The position numbers were made by a program, and so were the translations under genes. A stretch of DNA of 32,000 nucleotides from assembly GCA_026625185.1 (NCBI GenBank), contig CP113000.1, positions 855,622 to 887,621 on the forward strand, written 5' to 3'. Below are positions 17,567 through 26,498 of this stretch, one piece after another (position 1 is the stretch's first letter; the number at the start of each line of letters is the position of its first letter). This stretch comes from Thermodesulfobacteriota bacterium (lineage in GTDB: Bacteria; Desulfobacterota; WTBG01; JAGOGO01). The notes under the pieces were generated by a model. That model made no database searches and was not told where the DNA came from. It saw only the letters and a program-made list of their open reading frames with translations.

Positions 17567-18228
17567 GGCCTTTTCCTTTTTTTTCCCTGAATCAATTTAA
17601 GCGCTTTGACTAAATTTTTTTGAAGTTCAGGCAAGGTATAGAAGGTTACATCAATAGAGGTTATAGCGTGGATATACTGACTCCAATCACCTTCAAAGTT
17701 TTGCAGCCAGGCGGAAAAGTCATCAAGCCCGATGGGCGGACGTCGTCTCGCCTCCAGTACGTGAAAATAAATACTTCCGCTGGTCATCCGACTGATGGCG
17801 GAATCGAGTTCATCAGGATGGTGAATTCTTTCTCCGGTGTCAAAAACCACGGTGATCGCTTTCATAAAATAAAACTCATGTCCAGCTCGGGCCCAAGGAA
17901 CCATCGAAAGCTCACTTAACCGCTCTTCAATGATTTCGAGGGTTGCTGTTCTGAGATCCTCTGTAGAAGAATAAGCATAAGGGTCAATGATTCCTAATCG
18001 TTCTGCCAGGATCTCATCGCCCAAGCTATGTTTTGCCCAGACCGCAAAGTGATTGCGATAGTCAGGATAATCAAAAGAAGGAGCAAGGGTGGTTTCGCAA
18101 AAATGGTGGTAAATAACATCAGGGTGACACATGGCGATTCGGTCGCGTAACTCCCGAAGGTTTAAAGCTGGCGGCAAACCGCTCATTCTTGTCAAAAGCA
18201 CGCAATCTTTAACTTCAAACTCATTCAC
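17563..18228 (-). CDS. Conserved-looking protein of unknown function with an internal tandem duplication, translationally coupled to treT
   Basis: Its stop overlaps the treT ATG (ATGA at 17563..17566). The likely start is GTG 18226..18228, with AAGGAG 6 nt upstream; the TTG at 18282 has no SD. Two modules of about 100 aa align by eye. The first is FEVKDCVLLTRMSG..LRELRDRI....VIYHHFCE...DYRNHFAVW. The second is FYFMKAITVVFDTGE..PDELDSAISRM..GSIYFHVLE...LDDFSAWL. I recognise no catalytic motif. Confidence 0.6.
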   Translation of the reverse strand: MNEFEVKDCVLLTRMSGLPPALNLRELRDRIAMCHPDVIYHHFCETTLAPSFDYPDYRNHFAVWAKHSLGDEILAERLGIIDPYAYSSTEDLRTATLEIIEERLSELSMVPWARAGHEFYFMKAITVVFDTGERIHHPDELDSAISRMTSGSIYFHVLEARRRPPIGLDDFSAWLQNFEGDWSQYIHAITSIDVTFYTLPELQKNLVKALKLIQGKKRKRP

Positions 18229-18502
18229 GGCAATCTCCTTTTCCTCCTTTAAGGCCTGCGAGTTTACAGATCTCTTGGGCAAGGAACAAAGAACTCCTTA
18301 CTACCCTAGATCCTGAAATAAGGGAGTGCTCCCCCACCGCAAAGGCAAGTCCCCCAAGCTCCAGGATGAATTTCATTGCCAGAGCCTGAAGAAGTTCCTT
18401 GCACGCTGGTTCGATGGTCGCCTTTTCCCGATCGGAAACCATGAGCGACAAAGTTCCATCAACGTCAAAAACCCAGAGTGTTTGTTTAAATCCCCTTATC
18501 AT
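18221..18502 (-). pseudogene. Truncated HAD-superfamily phosphatase, trehalose-6-phosphate-phosphatase (OtsB)-like N-terminal remnant
   Basis: Only a 93-codon ORF. LWVFDVDGTLSLMVSDREKATIEPACKELLQALA carries HAD motif I (DxDGT) and the OtsB-like 'DGTL..iv..p..a....' context. SLISGSR approximates motif II (ISGR). Motifs III and IV and about 170 aa are missing. The tail runs into the next gene. Confidence 0.6.
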
Positions 18503-18516
18503 AATTTTCTTACGAT

Positions 18517-21309
18517 TTAATTCCTCAGTTTACTCACAAGCAAAGCAACTGGAAACTCTGTTAAAACACTTCCTACTTTTAACATTGAAGTATCTCTCAA
18601 TGTCTGCCCCGTGATTTTTTCTTCCCAGGATAAAGGTGCATTTTCCGGTAAAATTATCCTAGTGTCCGCCCACATCTCCTCGTCAAACGGATAAGCCCCT
18701 TCTTCGATCAGTTTCGTTAAAAATCTTGGCGCTATGGTAATAATCCATGTGCCTTCGTGCGCTCGAAGATACGCTATAACACACGCTTTGAATTTTCCTT
18801 CCGCTCGCAGGGGAAGATAAGCTCCTTTTTCAAAGGCCATCATGTTTTCTTTGCGCGCCCTTAATGCTCGATAAATGAGAAAGAGCTTTATTCTTCCATC
18901 CTCTTTGTTTGCCAATAATTCTTTCGTCAGACCCAAAACATCCTGTCTTTCTTTTGTTATGATATCTTGAAGTATTTTTTTTCTCTTTTCAAAATCAACG
19001 GGCTGGCGATTATCCGGGTCAACCAGATTTAAATCCCACAACTCTGTCCCTTGATAAAAATCCGGCACCCCGGGGCTGGTGATTTTAAGGAGCGCTTGTG
19101 ATAAAGAATTAAACATACCATTGAAGGCTATTTTTTTTTGAAACAACAAAAACTCTTTAAGAAAGAAATTTTCACCTGAAGGAGTTAGAATATCATTAAT
19201 AAAAGATATGCAGGCCTCTTCATACTCTGTATCCGGCTTTACCCATCCGGTATGAACTTTAGCTTCCCTCACTGCTTTTATTATATAACTTTTCATTCTC
19301 GCGGTAAAGCCTTCTCCGCAATCATTAAACGGAAAAACACCTAAAAGCGTTTGATACAAAAAGTACTCATCATTCTCATCAGGAGCATAGCCCCGGTCAA
19401 GCTTTCTTTTTTTATGCCGATTAATTTTTCTCCAACTTTTTACTTTTTCTTCCCATTCCTGGGGAATTTCTGACAAAACATTAATCCGCGCCCGGGCATC
19501 TTCGCCTCTCTTGGTGTCATGCGTTGAGGTGGCATTCAATGAGTGGGGAAGTGCCTCAATTCTTTTCTGGTTAAAATTATGGAACTCTTCGATTGAGCAT
19601 CCAAATTTGATTGGGTTACTCCCAACCTCGTTAAGTGATATGAGTCGATTGTACACATAGAAAAAAGTATCCTCGAATGCTTTCGCCATAAGAGGTCCAG
19701 TGTATTGTTGGAAATAGAGAGCAAACTGCATCCACTCCTTTTTATCATCCTCGGTGAGCGAGGCGTCATAACGCTGGAGAAGAAATTTTTCGATAAAATT
19801 GAGTTCGTAAAAAAGACCCGGACTTTTTCCCTTAGCCTCGTGGATCGCAGTTTTAATATACGCGCGATCACGTTCCGTAAACGATTCTGGGCTGATGTAA
19901 GTTCGATACACCGGAAACATTGCCATGACTTCAACCAAAGCCCTCCGGAGGCCATAAAGGGTCATATCTCTTCCGTAGCGGTCTTTGCTGGAGATTTTTT
20001 TCATGAAATGAGCAAGGTTATCTATGTTTCCCGCAAAGTGTTTGCCGATGATCATCCGTTTCTTCTCGACCACCAGGTCGTCATAAGGGGTGTCGAGTCC
20101 GGTAAAATTTTCATAGATTTTAGTAAGCGCACTTCGCTTTTCTTGAGCGCAAAACACCCCGTTGACAAAATTCAAAAAATCATAGCCCGTGGTTCCTTGA
20201 ATCGGCCATGAGGGAGAGGTCTGTTCATTGTCGGCTAAAATTTTTTCGACAACAATATAGATGTCGTCTGCTTTTTCTCGCAACTTTTTGAGGTAGAGGA
20301 AGGGGTTAAAAAGGCCGTCAATGTGGTCTATCCGTAAACCATCAAACTTTTCTTCAGCCACCAAATGAAAAATCAAATCATGGCTATATTCAAAAACCCG
20401 TTCATCCTCTACCCTTAAGGAAATGAGATCATTGACGGCAAAGAAGCGCCGGTAATTAATCTCTTCAGAAGCCACTTTCCAAAAAGCTAATCTGAAAGAC
20501 TGCTCGGAAATAAGTTTATCTAAAAGATAAAAACTTTCCTGAACCCCTTTTTGCCCGTTTAAAAAGTTGATGTTTTCATTAACAAACTCTTCAATTACTT
20601 GATTTTCCTTATAGAGATTCCATAATATTTTTTTGGCATGTTTAATCTGATATCCTGTCACCCTCGCCGAGGCGGATACTGTTTTAAGATATTTTAGCGC
20701 ACCAAGGTACTTAATAAAAAGAGGCTGATCGTGAGCAAGCTTTTTTTCCAGATCATCCACGTTATGTTCAAATACCTGGACATACGACTCGATGCGCACC
20801 GGAAAGCATAAATCAAAGTAATCGATGGTCAAATGACCCCGCCGGTAGTGTAATTGAATTTCCCCCTCCTCTAAGCATTCCGCATAGACCTTGCCTAAAA
20901 ACGGCGCCAGCACTCTTCCCTTTATGTCCTCATAAGGATGGTCCCAGTCGATGTCAAAAAAATCAAAATAGTCAGATTCTCTCCCATGCTCCAACACATC
21001 CATGAGCAAATTATTTTTTGAATCAAACGCCATGTGATTAGGAACAATATCCTGGAGCCATTTTAAATTATAATTTTTTATTTCCGTTATTAATGTATCG
21101 AAATCCTTTCTACCACCTAATTCTGGGTTGAGCTGATTTGGGTCAACAATATCATAGCCATGGGTGCTCCCGGCCCGGGCTTTAAAGATCGGAGAGGCAT
21201 ACAAATCAGAAATCCCCAAGGAAGTCAGGTAGGGAATAATTTCCTTTGCTTCCTTAAACCCAAAAAAGGGGTTGAATTGAAGTCTATAGGTTGCGCCCGG
21301 GATATGCAT
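18517..21309 (-). CDS. treY: Maltooligosyl-trehalose synthase (GH13)
   Basis: 930 aa. The opening PGATYRLQFNPFFGFKEAKEIIPYLTSLGISDLYASPIFKARAGSTHGYDIVDPNQLNPELGG is the classic TreY N-terminus. The length is typical. Confidence 0.93.
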   Translation of the reverse strand: MHIPGATYRLQFNPFFGFKEAKEIIPYLTSLGISDLYASPIFKARAGSTHGYDIVDPNQLNPELGGRKDFDTLITEIKNYNLKWLQDIVPNHMAFDSKNNLLMDVLEHGRESDYFDFFDIDWDHPYEDIKGRVLAPFLGKVYAECLEEGEIQLHYRRGHLTIDYFDLCFPVRIESYVQVFEHNVDDLEKKLAHDQPLFIKYLGALKYLKTVSASARVTGYQIKHAKKILWNLYKENQVIEEFVNENINFLNGQKGVQESFYLLDKLISEQSFRLAFWKVASEEINYRRFFAVNDLISLRVEDERVFEYSHDLIFHLVAEEKFDGLRIDHIDGLFNPFLYLKKLREKADDIYIVVEKILADNEQTSPSWPIQGTTGYDFLNFVNGVFCAQEKRSALTKIYENFTGLDTPYDDLVVEKKRMIIGKHFAGNIDNLAHFMKKISSKDRYGRDMTLYGLRRALVEVMAMFPVYRTYISPESFTERDRAYIKTAIHEAKGKSPGLFYELNFIEKFLLQRYDASLTEDDKKEWMQFALYFQQYTGPLMAKAFEDTFFYVYNRLISLNEVGSNPIKFGCSIEEFHNFNQKRIEALPHSLNATSTHDTKRGEDARARINVLSEIPQEWEEKVKSWRKINRHKKRKLDRGYAPDENDEYFLYQTLLGVFPFNDCGEGFTARMKSYIIKAVREAKVHTGWVKPDTEYEEACISFINDILTPSGENFFLKEFLLFQKKIAFNGMFNSLSQALLKITSPGVPDFYQGTELWDLNLVDPDNRQPVDFEKRKKILQDIITKERQDVLGLTKELLANKEDGRIKLFLIYRALRARKENMMAFEKGAYLPLRAEGKFKACVIAYLRAHEGTWIITIAPRFLTKLIEEGAYPFDEEMWADTRIILPENAPLSWEEKITGQTLRDTSMLKVGSVLTEFPVALLVSKLRN

Positions 21310-23735
21310 CAGGAAATCCTCACGTCAAGATAATTGCCCAAAGCACTGAAGGCTTCCAGCCATTGTTTCGCCTCATTTTGTCCTTTTTGAGCTTTTTGGC
21401 TTATGGGCTCCAGCATATTTTTCCCAATGATAAAATAAATATTTTGGGCTTTCCATAAAGTCAAGGGTAGCTCAAGCTGGTTTACAATTTTTAATAAATG
21501 GATCACACTTCCCAGTAATTCCATCTGGAACGGAGAAGCAGCCAGTTTTTCCATGGAGGCATTAATTTTTTGACTGATGATCAAACTGAGCCGGGAAACA
21601 TCAATTTCTAGAGACCACCGCTTTACCTCTTCTACCAGTTTTTGAAGGCGTTCCCGATCAGGATTTTCTGCTTCGATTTCCTGATTAATATCGAGATTGA
21701 CCACAAAGTCCAGAACCCCTTTAAAATAACGGGGGAGGGAAATATTAAGCCCTTCGACCGCCTGCATCATCGGATAATGGTGTTCGTAGAGCTGCCGGAA
21801 AGAACTTTCAACGTCCTTGAGGGCAAGAGCAAAAAGCTGGTTCAAAATTTCCCTTTGTTCATCTTTGAAAAGGTGCCATAAGGAATAACTATGGTTTTTA
21901 AAGTGCTTGTCAATTAACAAGATCACCTCAGAAATTTCACCCTTAGAAAAACTTTCTTTTATCTCCAGGTGCATCTCTGAAAACGCCTCGTCTCCCATAA
22001 ACTCCCGTGCTCCGCTGATAAGATTTTGATCTCCCAGGTGGAGCCCCGCAAAACTTATGGTATACTCTTCCCGGGTTATGGACGACTGCAAAAATGATTT
22101 TCCGATTGCCAATTTTTGTTTCCCGAGTTCCATTTTTTCAAAAAATTGTCTTTGCGTTTGGTAGGTGTAAATATTTATGGATTCGGGGTAGTCTCTGAAC
22201 AAGGAAGAAACCGCAAAATGGACGCCTGCTCTTAAAAGGTCAAGAACCGCTGGCTTAACCAAGAGTTCGTAAACCTTGCCCCCATGTTTAAAATTTTTTA
22301 AATTACTTGGGGCTTTTTCGAGAAGGCTTTGATAAACTTCTTCGAGAGAAATTTGACTGAGCTCTTTTGCCAGTTGGAGTGCCCGCGCGGCATAACAAAG
22401 TGTTTGGGCGGTTTCTATGCCCGAAATTTCGTCAAAAAACCATCCACAGCTGGTATACATAAGCATGGCATGGCGCGCCATCTCCAAGAGTTTTAGAACC
22501 CGAATCTTTTCTTCGTGGGACAAAGGTTGCTTCGCATGCTCCTGCAAAAAAAGGCCGATAGTTTCGTTTGACCTGTCCAGAATAACCGCAATGTAATGAT
22601 CACGAAGCTTCCAAGGATCGTGAACAAGCGGCTCTAAAAATTCTTCATAGATGGGAACAAGATTATCTTTTAGCCAATCCATTGCTCCGCGCAAAGGCGC
22701 GCGCCACTGTTGATTCCATTTGGGATGCATCCCAGAATTGCATCCGCAATCGTTCTGCCATCGCGCGACACCATGGATACAGCTCCAGGAGGAGTTTTCA
22801 AAAATTTTTACTTCCTGGGCAGGCGGGTATTTTTCTAAATATTCCCCATAAACTGTAAGGTGAGCAAGGTTTTTTAATTCTATAAAATAAAGAGCGTATG
22901 CTAGCGCCATATCTCCATAGCGGTGATGATGTCCATAGGTCTCTCCATCAGTTGCAATGTGGACCAATTGAGGCCCATTGTCGTCGCGGTTGAAAGTGGA
23001 GAGCAATCGGTGCGCAAAGTGTTCACCATTTTCTAAAAGGTTTGAAAAAGCAAGTTCCTGGGAAATCGGACCATCATAAAAAAATATAGCTATTGTTTTG
23101 CCTGAAGGAAGGTAACAACAATATGGTTTCTTAGGGTCTATCCGTCCTCCGTCTACATTTTGCCATTCCCTTCCTTTTATTGGTTTTACCCGCTGGGCTT
23201 GCCGAGGAGCAAGGATAGTAAATTTTATTTCTTGTTCGGCCAATATTTCCAGGGTTTCTAAGTCAACCGCAGTTTCGGGAAGCCACATTCCTTCCGGTTT
23301 TCTTTTAAACCGATGCTCGAAATCCTTTATCCCCCAGATCACTTGAGTCTGTTTATCCCGGCGATTAGCCAACGGCATAATAAGATGGTTATAAGCCTGA
23401 GCAAGCGCAGAACCATGGCCGGAAAAAATTTCTTGACTTTTTTTATCTGCCTCCAGTATGGCGTTGTAAACTTCTGCGTTGTGTTTTTCCAGCCACGAAA
23501 GCAACGTGGGGCCGAAATTAAAACTTATTTTGGAAAAATTATTGACGATATCGATTATTTTTCGATCCGGGTCAAGTATGCGGGAGGCAGTATTAGGAGC
23601 ATAACATTCCGCGGTAATCCGGCTGTTCCAATCGTGATAAGGATACGCCGAGTCTTGAAGCTCAATTTCTTCTAACCAAGGATTTTCTCTCGGTGGCTGA
23701 TAAAAATGACCATGAATACAGATAAACCTATTCAT
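21309..23735 (-). CDS. GH57-family glycoside hydrolase with a long C-terminal extension (DUF3536-type architecture)
   Basis: 808 aa. The GH57 conserved regions are readable: HGHFYQPPRE, FNFGPTLLSWLE, GMWLPETAV (putative nucleophile Glu), HIATDGETYGHH (putative acid/base Asp) and SCGWFFDE. Its start overlaps the treZ stop by 4 nt, and its stop overlaps the treY ATG by 1 nt. Confidence 0.85.
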   Translation of the reverse strand: MNRFICIHGHFYQPPRENPWLEEIELQDSAYPYHDWNSRITAECYAPNTASRILDPDRKIIDIVNNFSKISFNFGPTLLSWLEKHNAEVYNAILEADKKSQEIFSGHGSALAQAYNHLIMPLANRRDKQTQVIWGIKDFEHRFKRKPEGMWLPETAVDLETLEILAEQEIKFTILAPRQAQRVKPIKGREWQNVDGGRIDPKKPYCCYLPSGKTIAIFFYDGPISQELAFSNLLENGEHFAHRLLSTFNRDDNGPQLVHIATDGETYGHHHRYGDMALAYALYFIELKNLAHLTVYGEYLEKYPPAQEVKIFENSSWSCIHGVARWQNDCGCNSGMHPKWNQQWRAPLRGAMDWLKDNLVPIYEEFLEPLVHDPWKLRDHYIAVILDRSNETIGLFLQEHAKQPLSHEEKIRVLKLLEMARHAMLMYTSCGWFFDEISGIETAQTLCYAARALQLAKELSQISLEEVYQSLLEKAPSNLKNFKHGGKVYELLVKPAVLDLLRAGVHFAVSSLFRDYPESINIYTYQTQRQFFEKMELGKQKLAIGKSFLQSSITREEYTISFAGLHLGDQNLISGAREFMGDEAFSEMHLEIKESFSKGEISEVILLIDKHFKNHSYSLWHLFKDEQREILNQLFALALKDVESSFRQLYEHHYPMMQAVEGLNISLPRYFKGVLDFVVNLDINQEIEAENPDRERLQKLVEEVKRWSLEIDVSRLSLIISQKINASMEKLAASPFQMELLGSVIHLLKIVNQLELPLTLWKAQNIYFIIGKNMLEPISQKAQKGQNEAKQWLEAFSALGNYLDVRIS

Positions 23736-25573
23736 GCTTTAACCTCCTTGAGATACAATGCAAAACTAAAGGGTTCAAAGGTCAGCGTTGTTTTTTGGGA
23801 AATCGTTTCCGGAAGCGGGGAACCGGTGCCGAGCCACCTATGCTCCGAGGAATCGAGCAGTTTAATCCATGTGCCCTCAGGAATATCGAGTACTATAGAC
23901 GATTTTTGCTCATTGAAATTCAAGAGACCCCATATATTACTATCCCTTTGCCACCGATGGACAAAAAGAACTTTTTTATTTTCCCCGGTTGATATGTTGA
24001 AACAATTTTTATCGCTCATATGAAGCGCCGGTATTTTTTTTCGGAGAGCAATGAGCTGCTGATAAAAATTGAGTAAAACGTGATTTTTTTTTTCGATGCG
24101 CTTTTCCCATTTTAATTTTGAGCCGAGAAAGGTTTCCATAGATTGAGGGTCAGGTGGTTCTTGGTCCCAGGAAAATGATTGAAATTCTTTTTTTCTTCCT
24201 TCTCGTACCGCCTTAATGAGTTCAGGATCAGAATGGCTAACAAAATAAAGGAAGGGCGCATCTTCTCCATACTCTTCCCCCATAAACAACAGGGGAATGT
24301 AGGGAGAAACAAATACTGCTCCGGCGGCCAATTTTAAGCGCTCAAAGTCGACCAAAGTGGAAAGCCGCTCCCCAAACTTTCTGTTCCCAACCTGATCATG
24401 ATTTTGGGAAAACACAATAAATTGTTGAGCCGACAACCCCGCTGGTGATGCTCCATGTCTTCGTTTTCTATAGGATGAATACGTGCCGGATATAACAAAC
24501 CCTTCTTCAAAAGATTTTTTAAAATCCGCAATCGTTCCAAAATCTGCATAATAGCCTTCTTTTTCTCCGGTAAGCAGGGTATGTAGGGAATGGTGAAAGT
24601 CATCACACCATTGCGCGTCAATCCCGTATCCGCCTTTGTCTCTCGGCCGAACAATACGCGGGTCATTGAGATCGCTTTCAGCGATCAGGTAATAATTTCT
24701 TCCCTGGTGGCGGGAAAATTCTTCAACTTCCTCGGAAAGCTCTTCTAAAATATGCTTTGCCCCCCGAACATAGATTCCGTGAACCGCATCAAGTCTCAAC
24801 CCATCAAGGTGAAAAAACTTAAACCAGTAGAGTGCATTTTGAATAAAAAAACTTCTTACTTCGTCACTGTAAGCGCCATCAAAATTAATCGCCCTTCCCC
24901 AAGGAGTTTTATAGTGATCGGTAAAATAAGGACCAAATTCCTGAAGGTAATTACCCTCAGGCCCCAGGTGGTTATACACCACATCAAGAATAACCGCGAT
25001 ACCCTGTTTGTGGCAAGCGTTGACAAGGTTTTTTAAGGCATCAGGGCCACCATAAGAATTTTGAACCGCAAAAAGATACGTACCATCATAGCCCCAATTG
25101 CGATCTCCGGGAAATTGGGCTACCGGCATTATTTCTATAGTGTTTATTCCCAAAGATCGCAAATCTTGAAGCCGCGGTATAATAGCTTCAAAAGTCCCGG
25201 AAGAAGTAAAAGCGCCCACATGAAGCTCATAGATAATCATCGCTGATAAAGGGATACCTTCCCATAAGTGGTCTCCCCATGAGTACCTGGTGTGGTCAAC
25301 CACAACGGAAGGTCCATGAACTCCGTCCGGCTGAAAAAAAGACGCGGGATCCGGCCGCTGGCGAGTGTTTTCCAGAAGATAAAAATACTTACTGGAAGGA
25401 TGAACATTTTCTACCAAAATGTGCCAGTAACCATCCTCACCTTTTTCCATTGCCATCCTCCGGCAATCCGGAAAAATTATATCTAATGCAACGGCTTGTA
25501 AACAAGGTGCCCAGACAGTAAATTCACAATTCCCCTTTGGAAAATATTTAGCTCCTATTTTCATGTGATGCAC
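23732..25573 (-). CDS. treZ: Maltooligosyl-trehalose trehalohydrolase (GH13)
   Basis: About 610 aa. It has an N-terminal CBM48-like segment (FTVWAP..). GH13 regions are present: DVVYNHLGPEGNYL, GLRLDAVHGI, IAESDLND and QNHDQVGN. The start is either GTG 25573 or ATG 25564. Confidence 0.92.
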   Translation of the reverse strand: MHHMKIGAKYFPKGNCEFTVWAPCLQAVALDIIFPDCRRMAMEKGEDGYWHILVENVHPSSKYFYLLENTRQRPDPASFFQPDGVHGPSVVVDHTRYSWGDHLWEGIPLSAMIIYELHVGAFTSSGTFEAIIPRLQDLRSLGINTIEIMPVAQFPGDRNWGYDGTYLFAVQNSYGGPDALKNLVNACHKQGIAVILDVVYNHLGPEGNYLQEFGPYFTDHYKTPWGRAINFDGAYSDEVRSFFIQNALYWFKFFHLDGLRLDAVHGIYVRGAKHILEELSEEVEEFSRHQGRNYYLIAESDLNDPRIVRPRDKGGYGIDAQWCDDFHHSLHTLLTGEKEGYYADFGTIADFKKSFEEGFVISGTYSSYRKRRHGASPAGLSAQQFIVFSQNHDQVGNRKFGERLSTLVDFERLKLAAGAVFVSPYIPLLFMGEEYGEDAPFLYFVSHSDPELIKAVREGRKKEFQSFSWDQEPPDPQSMETFLGSKLKWEKRIEKKNHVLLNFYQQLIALRKKIPALHMSDKNCFNISTGENKKVLFVHRWQRDSNIWGLLNFNEQKSSIVLDIPEGTWIKLLDSSEHRWLGTGSPLPETISQKTTLTFEPFSFALYLKEVKA

Positions 25574-25686
25574 TAAAATAAAGTCTGTTAAATGTTAAGC
25601 AAAAAAATCTTCCTTCCAACCGCAGAAAGAAATTTTTGATTGTCTACCATTCCAAACCGGTGATTGTTATTTTAAGTTTTTCCCAA

Positions 25687-26175
25687 TTATTTTTGTGGCT
25701 CGTTCACTTCATGTGAAAACATTAGTTTCGGAGGAAATTCTTGGGCTTTTAGAATTTTCACCAGTTGACTTAGTACTTCCCCGATGGTTCTCTGTTCCTC
25801 TGAGGGAAGCGCTTCCAATCCTGCTACCAATAAACCTTGAGCAACTTCCGGTGCTTGTGAGATCAGTTCTTCCCCTTGCGGGGTAAGACTCACCCAAACT
25901 ACCCGGCGATCATTGCGTGAGCGTACTCTCGATACCAACCCTTTGGCCTCGAGTCGGTCGATAATTCCAACCACCGTAGCCGGATGGAGATACATGCGGC
26001 GGGCCAGATCAGACACCTTGATAGAAGAAAACTCGGCAACAACTTTTATAGTCCAAAGCTGGGGACCGGTTAGTCCAGTCTGTGCTTTTACTTTTTTAGA
26101 ATATTCATTTACCGCCTGAAAGACCCTCCTGAGGCTGTCAATGATTTCAGAAATTTGCTGAGAATTTTTGACCAT
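25687..26175 (-). CDS. MarR-family transcriptional regulator
   Basis: 162 aa. The winged-HTH region reads LTGPQLWTIKVVAEFSSIKVSDLARRMYLHPATVVGIIDRLEAKGLVSRVRSRNDRRVVWVSLTPQG. Confidence 0.9.
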   Translation of the reverse strand: MVKNSQQISEIIDSLRRVFQAVNEYSKKVKAQTGLTGPQLWTIKVVAEFSSIKVSDLARRMYLHPATVVGIIDRLEAKGLVSRVRSRNDRRVVWVSLTPQGEELISQAPEVAQGLLVAGLEALPSEEQRTIGEVLSQLVKILKAQEFPPKLMFSHEVNEPQK

Positions 26176-26221
26176 TTTTTTTCTCTTTCTGACTAAAATA
26201 GTAGTAACTACAGCTTAATTA

Positions 26222-26253
26222 ATTTGTATACAAATAATTTGTGCTCAAGTCAA
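26222..26253 (-). promoter_or_regulatory. marR promoter with an overlapping perfect 14-bp palindromic operator
   Basis: On the minus strand the sequence reads TTGACT (26253..26248), a 17-nt spacer, then TATACA (26230..26225). The perfect palindrome ATTTGTATACAAAT (26222..26235) covers the -10. A second 11-bp palindrome GTAGT-A-ACTAC lies at 26201..26211. Confidence 0.5.
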
Positions 26254-26498
26254 TGTTTTTTTGGTTTTTTTAGCATAAAGAATTTAAACCATAAAATCTT
26301 TGCGGGGATGAGGTTTGACCTGGAGAGATGCTTATGGTAATTTTATAAAAATTTCTTGGGATTAAGGAAAAGTATGGTAGTTAATTTTATCACGATTTAA
26401 AAATGCTTTAAAAACTTTCGCTGTTTAATAAGGTGCTTTTTTGCCAAGAGTGTCCGAGAAATTTTTTATAAATTAAATGCCCCTATTAAGGAAGCCTT

